This document shows positions 19,400-29,669 of a DNA stretch of 64,000 nt, piece after piece. The position numbers were made by a program, and so were the translations under genes. This stretch comes from an uncultured Rhodoblastus sp. (GTDB lineage: Bacteria > Pseudomonadota > Alphaproteobacteria > Rhizobiales > Beijerinckiaceae): contig CAZWJF010000009.1 in the NCBI GenBank assembly GCA_964634325.1, forward strand, positions 94,028 through 158,027, in the 5' to 3' direction. The notes beneath the pieces were generated by a model that was not told where the DNA came from, did no database searches, and saw only the letters and a list, made by a program, of their open reading frames with translations. Position 1 is the first letter of the stretch. Each line of letters opens with the position of its first letter.

Positions 19400-19969
19400 T
19401 CAGTCCTTGGCGCGTTCCACGTAGGAGCCGTCTTCCGTCTGAACGACGACGCGCGTGCCGGTCTGGATGTGCGGCGGCACCATGATCTTGGCGCCGTTCG
19501 ACAGGATCGCCGGCTTGTAGGACGAGGACGCCGTCTGGTTCTTGATCGCCGGCTCCGTCTCGGTGATTTCCAGCGTCACGCGCGGCGGCAGCTGGATGGC
19601 GACCGCATTGCCGTTGAAGATCGACAGGATGACCTTCATGCCCTCCTGAAGCCACACGGCCTGATCGCCGATCGTATCCTTGGTGACGATCACCTGCTCG
19701 TAGTTCTCGTCGTTCATGAAGGTGTAGCCGTCGCCGTCCTCGTAGAGATACGAGAAGTCGTGGTCTTCCACGAAGGCGCGCTCGACCTGCTCGGTCGTCT
19801 TGTAGCGGTTCGACACCTTGGTGCCGTCCGACAGGCGGCGCATGTCGATCTGCGTGGTCGGGGTGCCCTTGCCCGGATGAAAGCTTTCGGCGGTCAGCAC
19901 GACGTAGAGCTGGCCGTCTTCGTGCTCGATGATGTTGCCCTTGCGGATGGAAGAGGCGATGACTCTCAT
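19400..19969 (-). CDS. efp: Elongation factor P
   Basis: 189 aa. [18 protein letters not shown]...[17 protein letters not shown] (modifiable Lys in the PGKG loop)...[17 protein letters not shown]. Confidence 0.95.
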   Translation of the reverse strand: MRVIASSIRKGNIIEHEDGQLYVVLTAESFHPGKGTPTTQIDMRRLSDGTKVSNRYKTTEQVERAFVEDHDFSYLYEDGDGYTFMNDENYEQVIVTKDTIGDQAVWLQEGMKVILSIFNGNAVAIQLPPRVTLEITETEPAIKNQTASSSYKPAILSNGAKIMVPPHIQTGTRVVVQTEDGSYVERAKD

Positions 19970-20073
19970 TGTGGTCCTCGATTGATGGCTGCGGGCGCCC
20001 GGACTATGGTCCGCCGGACTTCAGGGGACGCCCTTCGGCGATCCGGCCTGCCGCAACAAACAGAAATGGTCTG

Positions 20074-21117
20074 ATGCTCGAAGCTTCGCCCTGGTGGGCG
20101 CCGCACGTTTACGCCGATCGCCGTGATTTCCTCAAGGCGCGCGGCCGGATTGCTATAGCGTGCCGCGCCTTTTTTCAAGCCGAGGGTTTTGCCGAGGTCG
20201 AGACCGCCTGCCTGCAGGTCTCGCCCGGCAATGAGATCCACCTGCGCGCCTTTGCGACCGATCTCGTCGCCGGCGACGGCTCGACCTCGCGCATGTACCT
20301 GCACACCTCGCCTGAATTCGCCTGCAAGAAGCTGCTGGTGGCGGGCGAGGAAGCAATCTTCACCTTCGCCCGCGCCTTCCGCAACGGCGAGCGCTCGGCC
20401 CTCCACCATCCCGAATTCACGATGCTCGAATGGTATCGGGCCCGCGCGCCCTATGCCGCGATCATGGCCGATTGCGTGGCGCTCGCGCGCGCCGTCGCCG
20501 AGGCCGCGGGCGGGCGCACGTTGAGCTGGCGCGGCCAGACGGCCGATCCCTTCGCCGAGCCTGAAATCCTGACCGTGGCGGAGGCTTTTTCCCGTCACGC
20601 TGGCCTCGAACTCATGGGGGCGCTCGACGACCGCGCGGCGCTGGCCGAAACCGCGCGCCGTCTGTCGATCCGGGTGGCGGACGACGACGACTGGTCCGAC
20701 CTGTTCTCGAGAATTCTGAACGTCGCCATCGAGCCCGAACTCGGCCGGGGGCGGCTGACGCTGCTGACCGAATATCCGGCCCGCGAGGCGGCGCTGGCGC
20801 GGCTCAAGCCCGGCGACGCGCGCGTCGCCGAGCGGTTCGAGATGTACGCCTGCGGCGTGGAGCTGGCGAACGGCTTTGGCGAGCTGGTCGACCCCGTCGA
20901 GCAGCGCGCGCGTTTCTTGGCCGCTATGGCCGAGAAGCAGAAGCGCTACGGGGAGGCCTATCCGATCGACGAGGATTTTCTGCGGGCCCTGCAAATCATG
21001 CCCGAAGCGAGCGGCGTCGCGCTCGGCTTCGATCGGCTTGTGATGCTGGCCGCCGGCGCCGAACGGATCGAGCAGGTCTTGTGGACCCCGGTGGCGAACG
21101 GCGGTTCGCCGGTGTAA
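20074..21117 (+). CDS. epmA: EF-P-lysine lysyltransferase EpmA (PoxA/GenX)
   Basis: 347 aa from ATG 20074. Truncated class II LysRS-like: ...LHTSPEFACKKLL..., FRNGE...HHPEFTMLEWY, ...ELANGFGEL... Divergent from efp. Confidence 0.85.
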   Translation: MLEASPWWAPHVYADRRDFLKARGRIAIACRAFFQAEGFAEVETACLQVSPGNEIHLRAFATDLVAGDGSTSRMYLHTSPEFACKKLLVAGEEAIFTFARAFRNGERSALHHPEFTMLEWYRARAPYAAIMADCVALARAVAEAAGGRTLSWRGQTADPFAEPEILTVAEAFSRHAGLELMGALDDRAALAETARRLSIRVADDDDWSDLFSRILNVAIEPELGRGRLTLLTEYPAREAALARLKPGDARVAERFEMYACGVELANGFGELVDPVEQRARFLAAMAEKQKRYGEAYPIDEDFLRALQIMPEASGVALGFDRLVMLAAGAERIEQVLWTPVANGGSPV

Positions 21118-21125
21118 GCCGAGCC

Positions 21126-22190
21126 ATGAGCCGCCCCGAGCCGCCCCGTCCCCGTACGCTGACCACGCCCGACGACTTCGTCGCCGCAGGCTTGATCGCG
21201 CCGGAGGCCGCTGCGGCCGCCGCTCGCGTGACCGCGCGCTATTCGGCGGCCATGACGCGCCGCCTTGTGGACCTCGTCGATCGCGCGGACCCCGCCGATC
21301 CCATCGCCCGCCAGTTCACGCCCGATCCGCGCGAACTCGCCATATCGCCGCAAGACCGCGCAGACCCCATCGGCGATAGCGCGCATTCGCCTTGCGAAGG
21401 GCTTGTCCATCGCTATCCGGATCGCGTGCTGCTCAAGCTCGTGTCCGCCTGCCCGGTCTACTGCCGATTCTGTTTCCGCCGCGAGACCGTGGGCGCGGCC
21501 AAGGGCGGGATGCTGGCGCCCGAGAAGGTCGCCGCTGCGCTCGATTACGTCCGCGCGCGGCCGGAAATCTGGGAGGTGATCCTGACCGGCGGCGACCCGC
21601 TGGCCCTTTCGCCGCGCCGGCTCGCCGACGCCGTTCGCGCCATCGCCGCGATCGGCCACGTGAAGGTGGTCCGCATCCATACGCGCGTCCCGGCGGTTGC
21701 GCCCGACCTCGTCACCGGCGATCTCGTCGCAGCGCTCAAGGCCCCGGGCGTGTCGACCTGGGTGGCGTTGCACGCCAACCATCCGCGTGAGCTGACGCAG
21801 CTCGCGCGCGAAAAGCTGGCGATGTTCACGGAGGCGGGCGTTCCGCTGGTCAGCCAGACGGTGCTGCTGCGCGGGATCAACGACGATCCGGACACGCTCG
21901 CCGCGCTGATGCGCGCCTTCGTCGAGGCCGGCGTCAAACCCTATTACCTGCACCATCCCGATCTCGCGCCCGGCACCGGTCATTTCCGGCTGCCGATCGA
22001 GGAGGGCCGCCGGATCGTCGCGGAACTGATGCGCCGCGTCTCGGGCCTCGCCCGACCCGCCTACGTTCTGGATATTCCCGGCGGCTACGGAAAGATTTTG
22101 CTCACGTCGGAGGCGGCGGCGCCGGACGGCGCCGGGGGCTGGCGACTGACCGATCCGGCGGGCCGCGTCCATTCCTACTCCGACGATTGA
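21126..22190 (+). CDS. epmB: EF-P beta-lysylation protein EpmB (lysine 2,3-aminomutase-like radical SAM)
   Basis: 354 aa from ATG 21126. CPVYCRFCFRRE radical-SAM cluster, ...EVILTGGDPL... Immediately after epmA. Confidence 0.85.
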   Translation: MSRPEPPRPRTLTTPDDFVAAGLIAPEAAAAAARVTARYSAAMTRRLVDLVDRADPADPIARQFTPDPRELAISPQDRADPIGDSAHSPCEGLVHRYPDRVLLKLVSACPVYCRFCFRRETVGAAKGGMLAPEKVAAALDYVRARPEIWEVILTGGDPLALSPRRLADAVRAIAAIGHVKVVRIHTRVPAVAPDLVTGDLVAALKAPGVSTWVALHANHPRELTQLAREKLAMFTEAGVPLVSQTVLLRGINDDPDTLAALMRAFVEAGVKPYYLHHPDLAPGTGHFRLPIEEGRRIVAELMRRVSGLARPAYVLDIPGGYGKILLTSEAAAPDGAGGWRLTDPAGRVHSYSDD

Positions 22191-22266
22191 AGCGCAACGG
22201 CGCGAAACCGTGCGGCGTCGCCCGATCCGTGCGAAATTCGCCGCAATCCGATTCGATTTGCCGGCC

Positions 22267-24786
22267 ATGACCGTTCGCCTCGTCCGCACTCTGCTCAGCG
22301 CCGCGCTCGCCGCAGCCGTCGTCTGGCCGCTCGCCCTCCATGCGCAAGCCCCGGCGGCGGCGCCGCCGGCGAGCCAGGCCGCGCCTGCTCCGGCGCCCGA
22401 CGCCGCGCCGGCGCCCGCGCCCCGCGTCGCGCCCGGCTCGCCCGACGCGACCGAACCGCCGCGCGTGCGCACCTCGGAACTCATCGAGCAGGCGAAGAGC
22501 AGGCTCGATCAGGTGACAGCCGCGCTGCGCCGCGATTCGCTCGACGATGCGACGTTGTCGACCCTCAGGGACTCGTTGACGCCTGCGGCCGACCAGATCA
22601 AACAGGCGATCGCGACGCTGACGCCGCGCATCGCCGAAGCCAAGGATCGTCTCGACAAGCTCGGCCCGAAGCCCGACGCCAAGGCGCCGCCGGAAAGCGC
22701 CGACGTCGCGGCCGACCGGGCCGAGCAGCAGCGCCGCTTCGACCGCGCGACCGATCTTTTGAAGCGCGCGCAATTGCTCGCCGTTCAGATAGACCAGACG
22801 AGCGCGCGGATCGTTTCGCGCCGTCGCGAATTATTCGTCGGCACGCTGATGCAGCGCTCCTACAGTCTTCTGTCGCCGGCCCTTTGGGCGGCGGCGGTCA
22901 AGGAACTGCCGGGCGATTTTCGCGCGCTGGGCCTGGTGGCCGGAGACTTCGTCGGCAACGCCGCCGACCGGCTGGCCGGCTGGCGCCTCGCGGCGTTCTT
23001 TGCGCTCGCCGCGCTGGTCGCCTCCCTCAACGGTCCGATCTATCGCTACGCCCGGCGCGTGCTCAGCCGCGAGCCGACGGTTGCGGAGCCGACGCGCTTG
23101 CGCAAGGCGCTCGGCGCCTGCTGGACGGCGCTTCTCGTGGCGGCGCCGCCGCTCGTGACGATCTTCGCGCTGTTCGCGCTGCTCGACGCGTTCGATCTCA
23201 TGAGCGTCCGGCTGACGCCCTTCAAGCGCGCCTTCATCGAGGGCGTCGCCCGGGTGGCTTTCGTCGCTGGCGTGGCGCGCGGCCTGTTTGCGCCGTCGCG
23301 GCCGAGCTGGCGGCTGATGCCCGTCTCCGATGTAACCGCCGAACGTCTGAGCCGGCTCGCCATCGCGCAGGCTGCGATCGTCTCGATCGTCAATGTCGCG
23401 GAAGCCCTGACCGACATCTCCGCGTCCTCGTTGCCGGTCACGGCCGCGGTTCAGGGCGTCGGCGCGGTCGTATTCGGCGCCGTCACGGCGGGCGCCATCT
23501 ACGGCCTCGGCGAAGATGACGAAGACGACGAATGCCTCGGACCGCGCGTGACGCCGCGTCCGCGCTGGATCGGCTTCGTCCGCCTCGTCGCCTGGATCGT
23601 GGTCGCGGTCATGATGCTGGCGGCGTTCGCCGGCTATATTCCGGCCGCCTGGTTTCTCAGCGAGCAGTTCGTTTGGGCGGCCGGCGTCGTGGGCCTTGTG
23701 TCGATCGCGCTTCCGCTGGCGATGTCCGCGATCGAGGCGACCTTTCAGCCGACCACGCCGTTCGGCCGGACGATGATGTCCGGCCTCGGGGTGCGGCGCG
23801 ACGGCGTCACGCAGCTCGGCATAATCCTGTCGGGCGTCGTTCACATTCTGCTGTTCGTCGTGGCGCTGGTCGCGATCGTGGCGCCCTGGGGCCTTCAGTC
23901 GGACGATCTGTTCGGCGGCCTGCGCAACGCCTATTTCGGCTTCAAGGTCGGCGGCGTCACCATCTCGCCATCGAATGTCGTGGTCGCCGTCGTGCTGTTC
24001 GCGCTCGGCTATCTGGCGACTCGCGCGCTGCAGAACTGGCTGGACGACAGGCTGATGCCTGCCACCAGCCTCGACGCCGGTCTGCGCAATTCGATCCGCA
24101 CCAGCGTCGGCTACGTCGGCGTGTTCGTGGCGCTTGCGATGGCGCTCGGCCAGGTCGGTCTCGGCATCCAGAAGATCGCCATCGTCGCCGGCGCGCTTTC
24201 GGTCGGTATCGGTTTCGGCCTCCAGTCGATCGTCAACAATTTCGTCTCCGGCCTCATTCTGCTGTGGGAGCGTTCGATCCGAGTCGGCGACTGGGTCGTG
24301 GTCGGCGACGAGCAGGGCTATGTGCGTAAGATCAATGTACGCTCGACGGAGATCGAGACCTTCGACCGCGCCACGATGATCGTGCCGAATTCCAATCTCA
24401 TCTCCGGCGTCGTGAAGAACTGGGTGCGCAACGACCGCGTCGGCCGAATTCGCGTTCCGCTGACGCTCAATACGGGCGTCGATCCCGAAAAGGTGCGCGA
24501 AATCATGACCGGCGCGGCGAAAGGTCACGAGAAGGTTTCGAAGATTCCCGCGCCCACTACGCTGTTCGTCGGGATGGAGCCGACCGGGCTCAAGTTCGAG
24601 CTCATCTGTTTCGTCGACGACGTCGAGGCCTCGGGCCGGATCAAGAGCGATCTCCACTACGAGATATTCCGGGAGTTTTCCGAGGCCGGCATCTCGATCG
24701 CGGCGCCCGCGGCCGTATCGCAGGTGGCGTTGCAGGGGCCGGTCGCCGAGGCCGTCGCCGACGCCATTCGCAAGACCGGCGCGTAG
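22267..24786 (+). CDS. Large MscS-family mechanosensitive channel (MscK/DUF3772-type)
   Basis: 839 aa from ATG 22267. Signal peptide, Pro/Ala-rich linker, coiled-coil periplasmic domain, multiple TM helices, MscS core (GFGLQSIVNNFVSGLILLWERSIRVGDWVVVGDEQGYVRKINVRSTEIETFDRATMIVPNSNLI). Confidence 0.85.
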   Translation: MTVRLVRTLLSAALAAAVVWPLALHAQAPAAAPPASQAAPAPAPDAAPAPAPRVAPGSPDATEPPRVRTSELIEQAKSRLDQVTAALRRDSLDDATLSTLRDSLTPAADQIKQAIATLTPRIAEAKDRLDKLGPKPDAKAPPESADVAADRAEQQRRFDRATDLLKRAQLLAVQIDQTSARIVSRRRELFVGTLMQRSYSLLSPALWAAAVKELPGDFRALGLVAGDFVGNAADRLAGWRLAAFFALAALVASLNGPIYRYARRVLSREPTVAEPTRLRKALGACWTALLVAAPPLVTIFALFALLDAFDLMSVRLTPFKRAFIEGVARVAFVAGVARGLFAPSRPSWRLMPVSDVTAERLSRLAIAQAAIVSIVNVAEALTDISASSLPVTAAVQGVGAVVFGAVTAGAIYGLGEDDEDDECLGPRVTPRPRWIGFVRLVAWIVVAVMMLAAFAGYIPAAWFLSEQFVWAAGVVGLVSIALPLAMSAIEATFQPTTPFGRTMMSGLGVRRDGVTQLGIILSGVVHILLFVVALVAIVAPWGLQSDDLFGGLRNAYFGFKVGGVTISPSNVVVAVVLFALGYLATRALQNWLDDRLMPATSLDAGLRNSIRTSVGYVGVFVALAMALGQVGLGIQKIAIVAGALSVGIGFGLQSIVNNFVSGLILLWERSIRVGDWVVVGDEQGYVRKINVRSTEIETFDRATMIVPNSNLISGVVKNWVRNDRVGRIRVPLTLNTGVDPEKVREIMTGAAKGHEKVSKIPAPTTLFVGMEPTGLKFELICFVDDVEASGRIKSDLHYEIFREFSEAGISIAAPAAVSQVALQGPVAEAVADAIRKTGA

Positions 24787-24862
24787 AACGCGCGAGGCGT
24801 TCACACCGTCTTAGCCACGCGCGCGCTATCTGCGTCCGCTACCGATCAAGTCAGGTGCCTCC

Positions 24863-25375
24863 ATGACACGTTTTGCGCCCGCCGCCCTGCTTCTGCCGCT
24901 GCTGATCGCCGGGTGCGCCGACTCGCCGACGCCGGCGCTCGCGCCCGCGTCGCAGGAGCCGTCCATGTATCGCTCGCTCGCGGCGCCCGGCGCTGTCGTT
25001 GACGCCGAGGCTGCGCGCTCGATGATCTCCCTCTACCGCTCCAACAAGGGGCTCGGGCCCCTCGCGGTCGATCCGGGGTTGCAGCGCATCGCCGAAGCGC
25101 AGGCGCGCGCCATGGCCGCCGACGGCAAGATCAGCCACGACGCGCACGGTTCGCTGGCGCAACGGCTGAACGCTGCGGGTTACGGCAAGAACGCCGCGGT
25201 CGAGAACGTCTCGGCCGGCTATCACACGCTGGCCGAGGCTTTTTCCGGCTGGCGCGATTCGCCGCCGCACAACGCCAACATGCTGGCCAAAGGCGCAAGG
25301 CGCATGGGGATCGCCGCGGCCTACGCGCCCGGCGCGAAATACAAGGTGTTCTGGACGCTGGTGATGACGGACTAG
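24863..25375 (+). CDS. CAP/SCP-domain lipoprotein
   Basis: 170 aa. Lipobox LLIAGC. ...GWRDSPPHNANML...VFWTLVM is typical of the CAP (cysteine-rich secretory/PR-1) domain. Confidence 0.75.
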   Translation: MTRFAPAALLLPLLIAGCADSPTPALAPASQEPSMYRSLAAPGAVVDAEAARSMISLYRSNKGLGPLAVDPGLQRIAEAQARAMAADGKISHDAHGSLAQRLNAAGYGKNAAVENVSAGYHTLAEAFSGWRDSPPHNANMLAKGARRMGIAAAYAPGAKYKVFWTLVMTD

Positions 25376-26208
25376 ACGGGCGCTGCGGCCATTGCCGGCG
25401 CCGCGTCCCGACTGAACGCTTCCGCCGGGCGTCGCGTCTCCCGCTTTTCGCCGCTGGCCAGCCAGTTGCGCAGGAACGTGTCGAGCCATGCGCCGACCGC
25501 GCGGTCGTGCTGGAACCAGCCTGACAAATGTTCGTGCGGCTGCTGGGCGTTGGGCGACTGCATGCGCTCGAAGGCCCGGGTCGTCCAGCGGCACATCATC
25601 GCGTAGGTGACTTCGGGGTGGAATTGCAGCGCGACCGCGTTCGGCCCGTAGACGAACGCTTGCGTGTGGAACAGATCGCCTTCCGCCAGAAGCCGCGCGC
25701 CGTTCGGCAGGCCGAACCCTTCTCGATGCCACTGATAGACGACGCGGGGCATCGGACCGCCGAAACAGGCGTCTCCAGCTTGCGTCGGGCGGATCGGGTA
25801 ATAGCCGATCTCCGCCGAGCCGCAGGGTTGCGAATAGACCTTGTCGCCGAGGTGGCGCGCCAGCATCTGGCCGCCGAGGCACACGCCGAGAAAAGGCTTC
25901 TTCTCCCTGAGCGGCACGCCGATCCAGTCGGTCTCGCGGGTCAACCAGTCGTCGGGATCGTTGGCGCTCATTGGGCCGCCGAAAATCACCGCGCCGGCGT
26001 GGCCCTCCATCGTCTCTGGCAGGGGGTCGCCGAAGCGCGGCCGCCGGATGTCGAGTTCGCAGCCCTGCTCCTCGAGCAGGCGACCGATCCTGCCCGGCGT
26101 CGAATGTTCCTGGTGCAGGATGAGCAGAACGCGACGCTGGGGAGAATTCGGGGTCATTTCAGCTGTGTTTCCGTCGGTTTGCAGTCCATTGCAAGCGTTT
26201 GTGGTCAT
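25372..26208 (-). CDS. Class I glutamine amidotransferase-like protein
   Basis: GATase1 blocks (VIFGGPMSANDP..., KPFLGVCLGGQMLA, ...LQFHPEV). Start set at ATG 26208, which overlaps the upstream SDR stop as ATGA. ATG 26157 is an alternative. Confidence 0.7.
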   Translation of the reverse strand: MTTNACNGLQTDGNTAEMTPNSPQRRVLLILHQEHSTPGRIGRLLEEQGCELDIRRPRFGDPLPETMEGHAGAVIFGGPMSANDPDDWLTRETDWIGVPLREKKPFLGVCLGGQMLARHLGDKVYSQPCGSAEIGYYPIRPTQAGDACFGGPMPRVVYQWHREGFGLPNGARLLAEGDLFHTQAFVYGPNAVALQFHPEVTYAMMCRWTTRAFERMQSPNAQQPHEHLSGWFQHDRAVGAWLDTFLRNWLASGEKRETRRPAEAFSRDAAPAMAAAPV

Positions 26209-27008
26209 TTTTCGTTCGCCGGCCGTCTGTTGGCCTGCCGGGCGGCGATCTTCGGCAGGGTCAGCGAATGCGGGATCCATGCCAGTCCCGCGGCGAGCGC
26301 CTGGTTGACGAGGCCGGGGGTAACGACCCGGCGCCCCGCCATCAGCCCGTCGTAGCCGGCTTCCACGGTTTCGCGCGCGCCGGAGACGCCGGGCGGCGCG
26401 GCCGAAGCCGAGGCCGCCATGCCCGCCCGGTTCTGGAAGCCGGTCGCGACCGGTCCCGGGCAGAGGGCGGTCACGCGCACGCCGTGCGGCCGCAGCTCCT
26501 CCGCCAGAGCTTCTGACAGGGACAGAACATAGGCCTTGGTCGCGTAATAGACCGCCATCCCGGGGCCCGGCGCAAAGGCGGCGATCGAGGCGACGTTGAG
26601 CATGCCGCCGCGATTGGCGCGCAGGTCCGGCGAAAACCGATGGGCGAGCGCTGTCAGCGCGCGGACGTTGACGTCGATCATCGCCAGTTCGTCGTCGAGC
26701 GGCAGCGCGTCGAACGGTCCGTTCAGGCCGTAGCCGGCGTTGTTGACCAGATATTCGACACTGGCGTCGGCCTCCGCCATCGCGGCGACCAAGAGAGCCG
26801 GCGCCTCCGGTCTGGCCAGATCGAGCGGAACGACGAGCGGGCGAAGCCGGCCCCGGCCGGCGATCTCGTCGGCCAGAGCCTCGAGCCGGCCGGCGCGCCG
26901 CGCGACCAGCGCGAGGTCATGGCCGCGTTCGGCGAACAGTCGCGCGAATTCGACGCCGAGCCCTTCGGAAGCGCCGGTGACGAGCGCGACCTTTCGCGGT
27001 TGCGTCAT
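26205..27008 (-). CDS. SDR-family oxidoreductase
   Basis: 267 aa from ATG 27008. VALVTGASEGLG, NNAG, YYATKAYV (YxxxK). ATGA overlap with the upstream terB-like gene. Confidence 0.85.
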   Translation of the reverse strand: MTQPRKVALVTGASEGLGVEFARLFAERGHDLALVARRAGRLEALADEIAGRGRLRPLVVPLDLARPEAPALLVAAMAEADASVEYLVNNAGYGLNGPFDALPLDDELAMIDVNVRALTALAHRFSPDLRANRGGMLNVASIAAFAPGPGMAVYYATKAYVLSLSEALAEELRPHGVRVTALCPGPVATGFQNRAGMAASASAAPPGVSGARETVEAGYDGLMAGRRVVTPGLVNQALAAGLAWIPHSLTLPKIAARQANRRPANEK

Positions 27009-27505
27009 ATGCCGCCTCCCGCGTCGTCCCAGGGGTTCTCGGGAAGCCCCTCGGCGCCGGCGGCTTGCGACTTGCGTTTCAGCTCCATGCGGTCGCGCGT
27101 GGACACGCCCAGCAACTCGGCGATGCGCCAGACGATGTTTTCTTCGAGTTCGTCCGCGGCGCCGTCGGCGTAGGCCATGTCCCACAGGAGTTCGACGACC
27201 GCGACGCGGCCCGGCTCGTCGAGCGTACGTTTCAGAACGCTGGTGAACTGGAAAAGATCGACGGCCTCGCGCTCGCTTTCCTCGGCGCGGCGGATCAGGC
27301 GGCGCGCGGCGGCAGGCTCCAGCTCGAAACGCTGTTCGACGATCCGGCGCAGGCGCCTTTGCTCCTGCGGCGCGACATGCCCGTCGGCCATCGCCATATG
27401 GACCAGCAGGGCGGCGGCCGCGATGCGATAATCGTCCGGCGCGAAGTCCCGCGTGGGGCCGCTGCCGCGGAGATCGTCGAAAAAAGACTTGAGCTTGAAC
27501 CGCAT
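27005..27505 (-). CDS. TerB-family (tellurite-resistance-like) protein
   Basis: 166 aa. AAAALLVHMAMADGHVAPQEQ...VVELLWDMAYADGAADELEENIVWRIAELLGV is the TerB two-repeat pattern. Confidence 0.7.
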   Translation of the reverse strand: MRFKLKSFFDDLRGSGPTRDFAPDDYRIAAAALLVHMAMADGHVAPQEQRRLRRIVEQRFELEPAAARRLIRRAEESEREAVDLFQFTSVLKRTLDEPGRVAVVELLWDMAYADGAADELEENIVWRIAELLGVSTRDRMELKRKSQAAGAEGLPENPWDDAGGGI

Positions 27506-27700
27506 CGCCCCCTCATGCTGCCGCGGAATTGGTTAACAATATGCTGACGGCTGGGTCAAAATGGAACGCCGCAAGCTCGGCGGAAACGTCTCTTGCAGGC
27601 CGGCCGACGCTCGATCGGCGGCGTTCATGGAAGAAATATTACATTCACATAGAAGGATAGGTCCTTCTTGACATTGCGCGCCGAGCCGCGAGCGCGCGGC

Positions 27701-28141
27701 CTAGGGGCATTCCTGCGGCTTCACGTCGATCAGCGGCGTACCGTCGACGCAATCGAGCCCGCGGACCAGCAGCCCGTCCGGCTCCACCGCCTCCAGTTTC
27801 AGCACGGACGAAGCAATCGGATTCGGCCGGACCGGCGACCGCAACGCGAACGTGCCGTATAGCGCGTCCTTGCCCTTGGGCGCCTGCAGAAGCAGGTCGC
27901 GGCGGGCCAGATGCATGAAATAGAGCGCCTGAACGTAGGCGCGCCCTTCGAGCCCCTTCAGCGCCGGGCGCCAGCGGTCGTCGATTTCGAGTCGGCAGAG
28001 GGGGCCGTCATGCGCCCCGCGCCGCGGACATTCGCCGCGCTCGCGCCACGGGGTGCGGATGCGCCCGATAAAGTAGAGCCCGGCGTCGAACGTCTCGGGC
28101 AGGCTCCCGGCGATCTCGCCGGGACGAATGTCGAAATCCAT
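27701..28141 (-). CDS. TsaA/TrmO-like tRNA methyltransferase family protein
   Basis: 146 aa. ...IGRIRTPW...GTFALRSPVRPNPIASSVLKL...GLDCVDGTPLIDVKP is the YaeB/TsaA beta-barrel signature. Confidence 0.75.
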   Translation of the reverse strand: MDFDIRPGEIAGSLPETFDAGLYFIGRIRTPWRERGECPRRGAHDGPLCRLEIDDRWRPALKGLEGRAYVQALYFMHLARRDLLLQAPKGKDALYGTFALRSPVRPNPIASSVLKLEAVEPDGLLVRGLDCVDGTPLIDVKPQECP

Positions 28142-28234
28142 TTGTGCACCCCGTCCGGAAGTCGTCTCCGAAGTCCGGACGGATCATAGATCGTCGATGG
28201 CGCGCCCGCTTGAAATTGCGCAAGCGCCCATAAA

Positions 28235-28462
28235 TTAGGCAGCCGTGATCACCAGTTGAGCGTCCGAGCCGAGATCGCGGATCGCGGCGTGCAAAGCCGA
28301 TTCGACCTCCTCCGCGCGCCCGCGCGAGGGCTTCAGGCGCACATTGACCATCACTTGAGGCGCGGCCGGCGCCTTGGCGGCCGAAAATTGCGGCGCGCCG
28401 ATCTTCCCCTCGGCCACAAAAGGCGCGAGGCGGCGGCGAACCTTGTCTTCGATGACGCTCAT
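28235..28462 (-). CDS. Hypothetical small protein
   Basis: 75 aa from ATG 28462. No family recognised. Coding status rests only on ORF context. Confidence 0.3.
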   Translation of the reverse strand: MSVIEDKVRRRLAPFVAEGKIGAPQFSAAKAPAAPQVMVNVRLKPSRGRAEEVESALHAAIRDLGSDAQLVITAA

Positions 28463-28572
28463 GCAGTGGCTCCGTAACTTGAGTGCGCGGAGACCCATGC
28501 AAATTTCAGGCCCCGCTTCCGGCTACCATCGCTCCGTGACAACGATGCGACGCGGGTTCGGGACAGGCGGCC

Positions 28573-29232
28573 TCAGAGCGACCGAAAACGCCAGACATGC
28601 GTCTTCTTGATTTCCGCGTCCTCGAGCGCGCGCGTCACCGGCACGCGATAGCACGCGATCGGCTCCAGCCGCTCGCGCGCCAGATAGGACCGGCCGGGGT
28701 CGCCGATCAGGACGGTCGCGCCGCGCCGCGCCAAACTCGCCAGCCAATCAGTGACTTGCGCAGCCATGTCGCGTTCGTAGGAGACGTCGCCCGCCAGCAC
28801 CACGTCCCAGCCCTCGTCGAGACCGATCACGTCGCCGGCGCGCGGCGCGACTTGCACGCCGTTCGCCTGCGCGTTGATCGAAATCGCCTCGATCGCGAAG
28901 TCGTCGATTTCGCTCGCCTCGACCTTCGCGGCGCCCGCCCTGGCCGCCGCAATGGCGACCAGCCCCGAGCCCGAGGCGAAATCCAGCGCGCGTTTGTCGG
29001 CGACGATGTCGGGATTGTCGAGAATGTGACGCGCGAGCGCTTGCCCTCCCGCCCAGGCGAAGGCCCAGAACGGCGGCGGAAGCCCGATCTCGCCGAGCTC
29101 CTCTTCGGTCTTCTCCCACAGCGCGGTCGCTTCGTCGGCGAGTTGCAGGGAAATCTCAGGCGCGTGCGGAACCTGAAGCAGCCGTGTGTTCGCGCGAATG
29201 AAGGCGGCGCGGTCGGAGATCGGTTTGGTCAT
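28573..29232 (-). CDS. Class I SAM-dependent methyltransferase
   Basis: 219 aa from ATG 29232. ...ALDFASGSGLVAIAAARAGA (motif I)...VVLAGDVSYE... ATGA overlap with the upstream GNAT gene. The long N-terminal extension of the track ORF was rejected. Confidence 0.75.
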   Translation of the reverse strand: MTKPISDRAAFIRANTRLLQVPHAPEISLQLADEATALWEKTEEELGEIGLPPPFWAFAWAGGQALARHILDNPDIVADKRALDFASGSGLVAIAAARAGAAKVEASEIDDFAIEAISINAQANGVQVAPRAGDVIGLDEGWDVVLAGDVSYERDMAAQVTDWLASLARRGATVLIGDPGRSYLARERLEPIACYRVPVTRALEDAEIKKTHVWRFRSL

Positions 29233-29669
29233 GAGTTCGACAGGTTCAAGACGAATTTCTGTTCGCGGACTTTGACGCCCCAGCTCTCGGCGTCGAGCGC
29301 CAGAGCGAGCCGGAAGCCGCGCGCTTCGTACAGGCGGCGCGCGGCGTGAAGACCTTCGAAGGTCCACAGATACAGGCTCTCGAAGCCCGATTCGCGGCTG
29401 AACGCGACGGCCTCGTCGAGCAGCGCCGCGCCCAGGCCCGTTCCCCGCGCATCGTCGTCGAGAATGAACCAGCGCAGATGCGCGCCCGCCTCGGCTGCGC
29501 GCCGCCCATCGATTGCGATCGAGCCGATGGCGCGGCCGTCGCGCAGGGCGAACCAGAGCCGCGAGTCGGGTCGCGGCAGGGCGCTCAGGAATTCTGCGGC
29601 CTCCGCGGCCACGCGCGCCTCGAAGAAGGCGCCGAATCCCCACGCGCGCGCGTAATAGGCCGCGTGCAT
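29229..29669 (-). CDS. GNAT-family N-acetyltransferase
   Basis: 146 aa. ...WFILDDDARGTGLGAALLDEAVAFSRE...LYLWTF...ARRLYEARGF (acetyl-CoA binding Q/RxxGxG/A motif). The N-terminus may be incomplete (see findings). Confidence 0.75.
   Translation of the reverse strand: MHAAYYARAWGFGAFFEARVAAEAAEFLSALPRPDSRLWFALRDGRAIGSIAIDGRRAAEAGAHLRWFILDDDARGTGLGAALLDEAVAFSRESGFESLYLWTFEGLHAARRLYEARGFRLALALDAESWGVKVREQKFVLNLSNS

Noticed and set aside
27640-27700. AT-rich stretch with a TTGACA hexamer (27667-27672) and small hairpins (gaagga/tccttc; gccgcg/cgcggc) downstream of trmO, considered as an sRNA promoter or terminator.
   Set aside because: There is no matching -10 element at proper spacing, no downstream plus-strand gene and no U-tract after the hairpins. 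The evidence is too weak to call.
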